34,582 nucleotides of DNA from a virus (Duplodnaviria > Caudoviricetes), in IMG/VR virus record IMGVR_UViG_3300035544_000022, positions 1 through 34,582 of that record. One strand, 5' to 3'. Both the position numbers and the translations under genes were made by a program. Every line of letters starts with the position of its first letter. The stretch's first letter is position 1. Under the pieces are notes generated by a model. It was given only the letters and a program-made list of their open reading frames with translations, made no database searches and was not told where the DNA came from. Below are positions 33,821 to 34,582 of this stretch, piece by piece.

Positions 33821-34186
33821 GTGCTGACAAAGTACAATCAGAAATCAAGATTATTTACTGACGAAGAAGATATCAAAATCATCAATTTAAAGTACATCAA
33901 CGGTAAGAAGCCAAAAGAAATAGCTAAGTTGATGAATCGTGATGAAGCACAGATATCTAACAGGATTGATTCGCTTGTGAGTACAAACGAATGGGCGAAG
34001 TCGTTACACATCATTCACTTAGAAACAAAAGCGAGAGCGAAAGAACTTAGAGATAAAAAGATTATCAGTATGCACAGACGAGGTATATCGCGTAAAAATA
34101 TTTCTATTCAGTTAGGTGTGGCAAGACAGACAGTAACAAATGTGGTGAAACGATGGAATTTCGAGAACTGCTTATCAGAGCGTTAA
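33821..34186 (+). CDS. Tandem HTH DNA-binding protein (possible transcriptional regulator)
   Basis: FTDEED...GKKPKEIAKLMNRDEAQISNR and GISRKNISIQLGVARQTVTNVV. Confidence 0.75.
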   Translation: MLTKYNQKSRLFTDEEDIKIINLKYINGKKPKEIAKLMNRDEAQISNRIDSLVSTNEWAKSLHIIHLETKARAKELRDKKIISMHRRGISRKNISIQLGVARQTVTNVVKRWNFENCLSER

Positions 34187-34290
34187 GTGAAAAAGGTATC
34201 TATCAAGCTAGGAAGATGAGTATTGAAGAAATGCGGAAGTTACTAGCTGAATTACAACGTGTGGATGAGGTGATAAGTGATGGAAATTAG
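34153..34290 (+). CDS. Small hypothetical protein (45 aa, not in ORF track)
   Basis: MEFRELLIRALSEKGIYQARKMSIEEMRKLL; GGTG RBS. Confidence 0.45.
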   Translation: MEFRELLIRALSEKGIYQARKMSIEEMRKLLAELQRVDEVISDGN

Positions 34291-34582
34291 ATGCAGCAAT
34301 TGCGGTTTTGATTGTGGCGGTAAATGTGTTGACTTTGACCAATTAATAAAAGACGGTAAAACAGTTGAAGCGTTGCAATATTTTGCGAAAGAAGGATATG
34401 AAAACGGTAATTTCGGAAATACAAGAAAAAATTAATCGAACATGCGGCACTATTAATAACTGAGCATGAAGGATTGGATTATTATAAATTATTGAAAAAT
34501 CTAAAAAAGATATTATGAAACTAGAACAGGAGGTGGATTGAATGTTTACTAGCGAAAAAGCTTTAGTGGATAAACTAGTAAT

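Larger units (their letters stand above)
1..34582 (+). mobile_element. Siphovirus genome (near-complete, permuted), probable Bacillales host
   Basis: Full packaging, head, tail, lysis, recombination and replication modules in canonical order. Firmicutes-type RBSs and sigma-A promoters. SPP1-type holin and SPOR-domain amidase. Confidence 0.95.

Overview
The window looks like a near-complete, circularly permuted genome of an AT-rich siphovirus of a Bacillales host, with an A118/SPP1-like head-tail module. All credible genes are on the + strand. Order: small middle genes (YopX, dimeric dUTPase, RusA) - a 450-bp promoter/structured-RNA region - PD-(D/E)xK nuclease - terS/terL - portal, head, tail - baseplate - a diversity-generating retroelement (DGR) acting on a C-type-lectin-like receptor-binding protein - holins/amidase - early cassettes - ERF/Gp157 recombination genes - BRO antirepressor - replisome organiser with iterons - DnaB - SSB. 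No integrase or divergent CI-type repressor is visible. Main points: (1) an apparently active DGR (17 of 17 VR/TR differences at TR adenines) with no adjacent avd gene, an SP-type RT motif, a strong AA->TC substitution pattern and a 16-bp RNA helix bracketing the TR; (2) terL is split inside its Walker A motif by ACT-TAA-CC, which a 5-nt ribosomal hop between Thr codons would repair exactly; (3) a cluster of candidate small structured RNAs upstream of the packaging genes. Family assignments come from motif recognition by eye; no searches were run.
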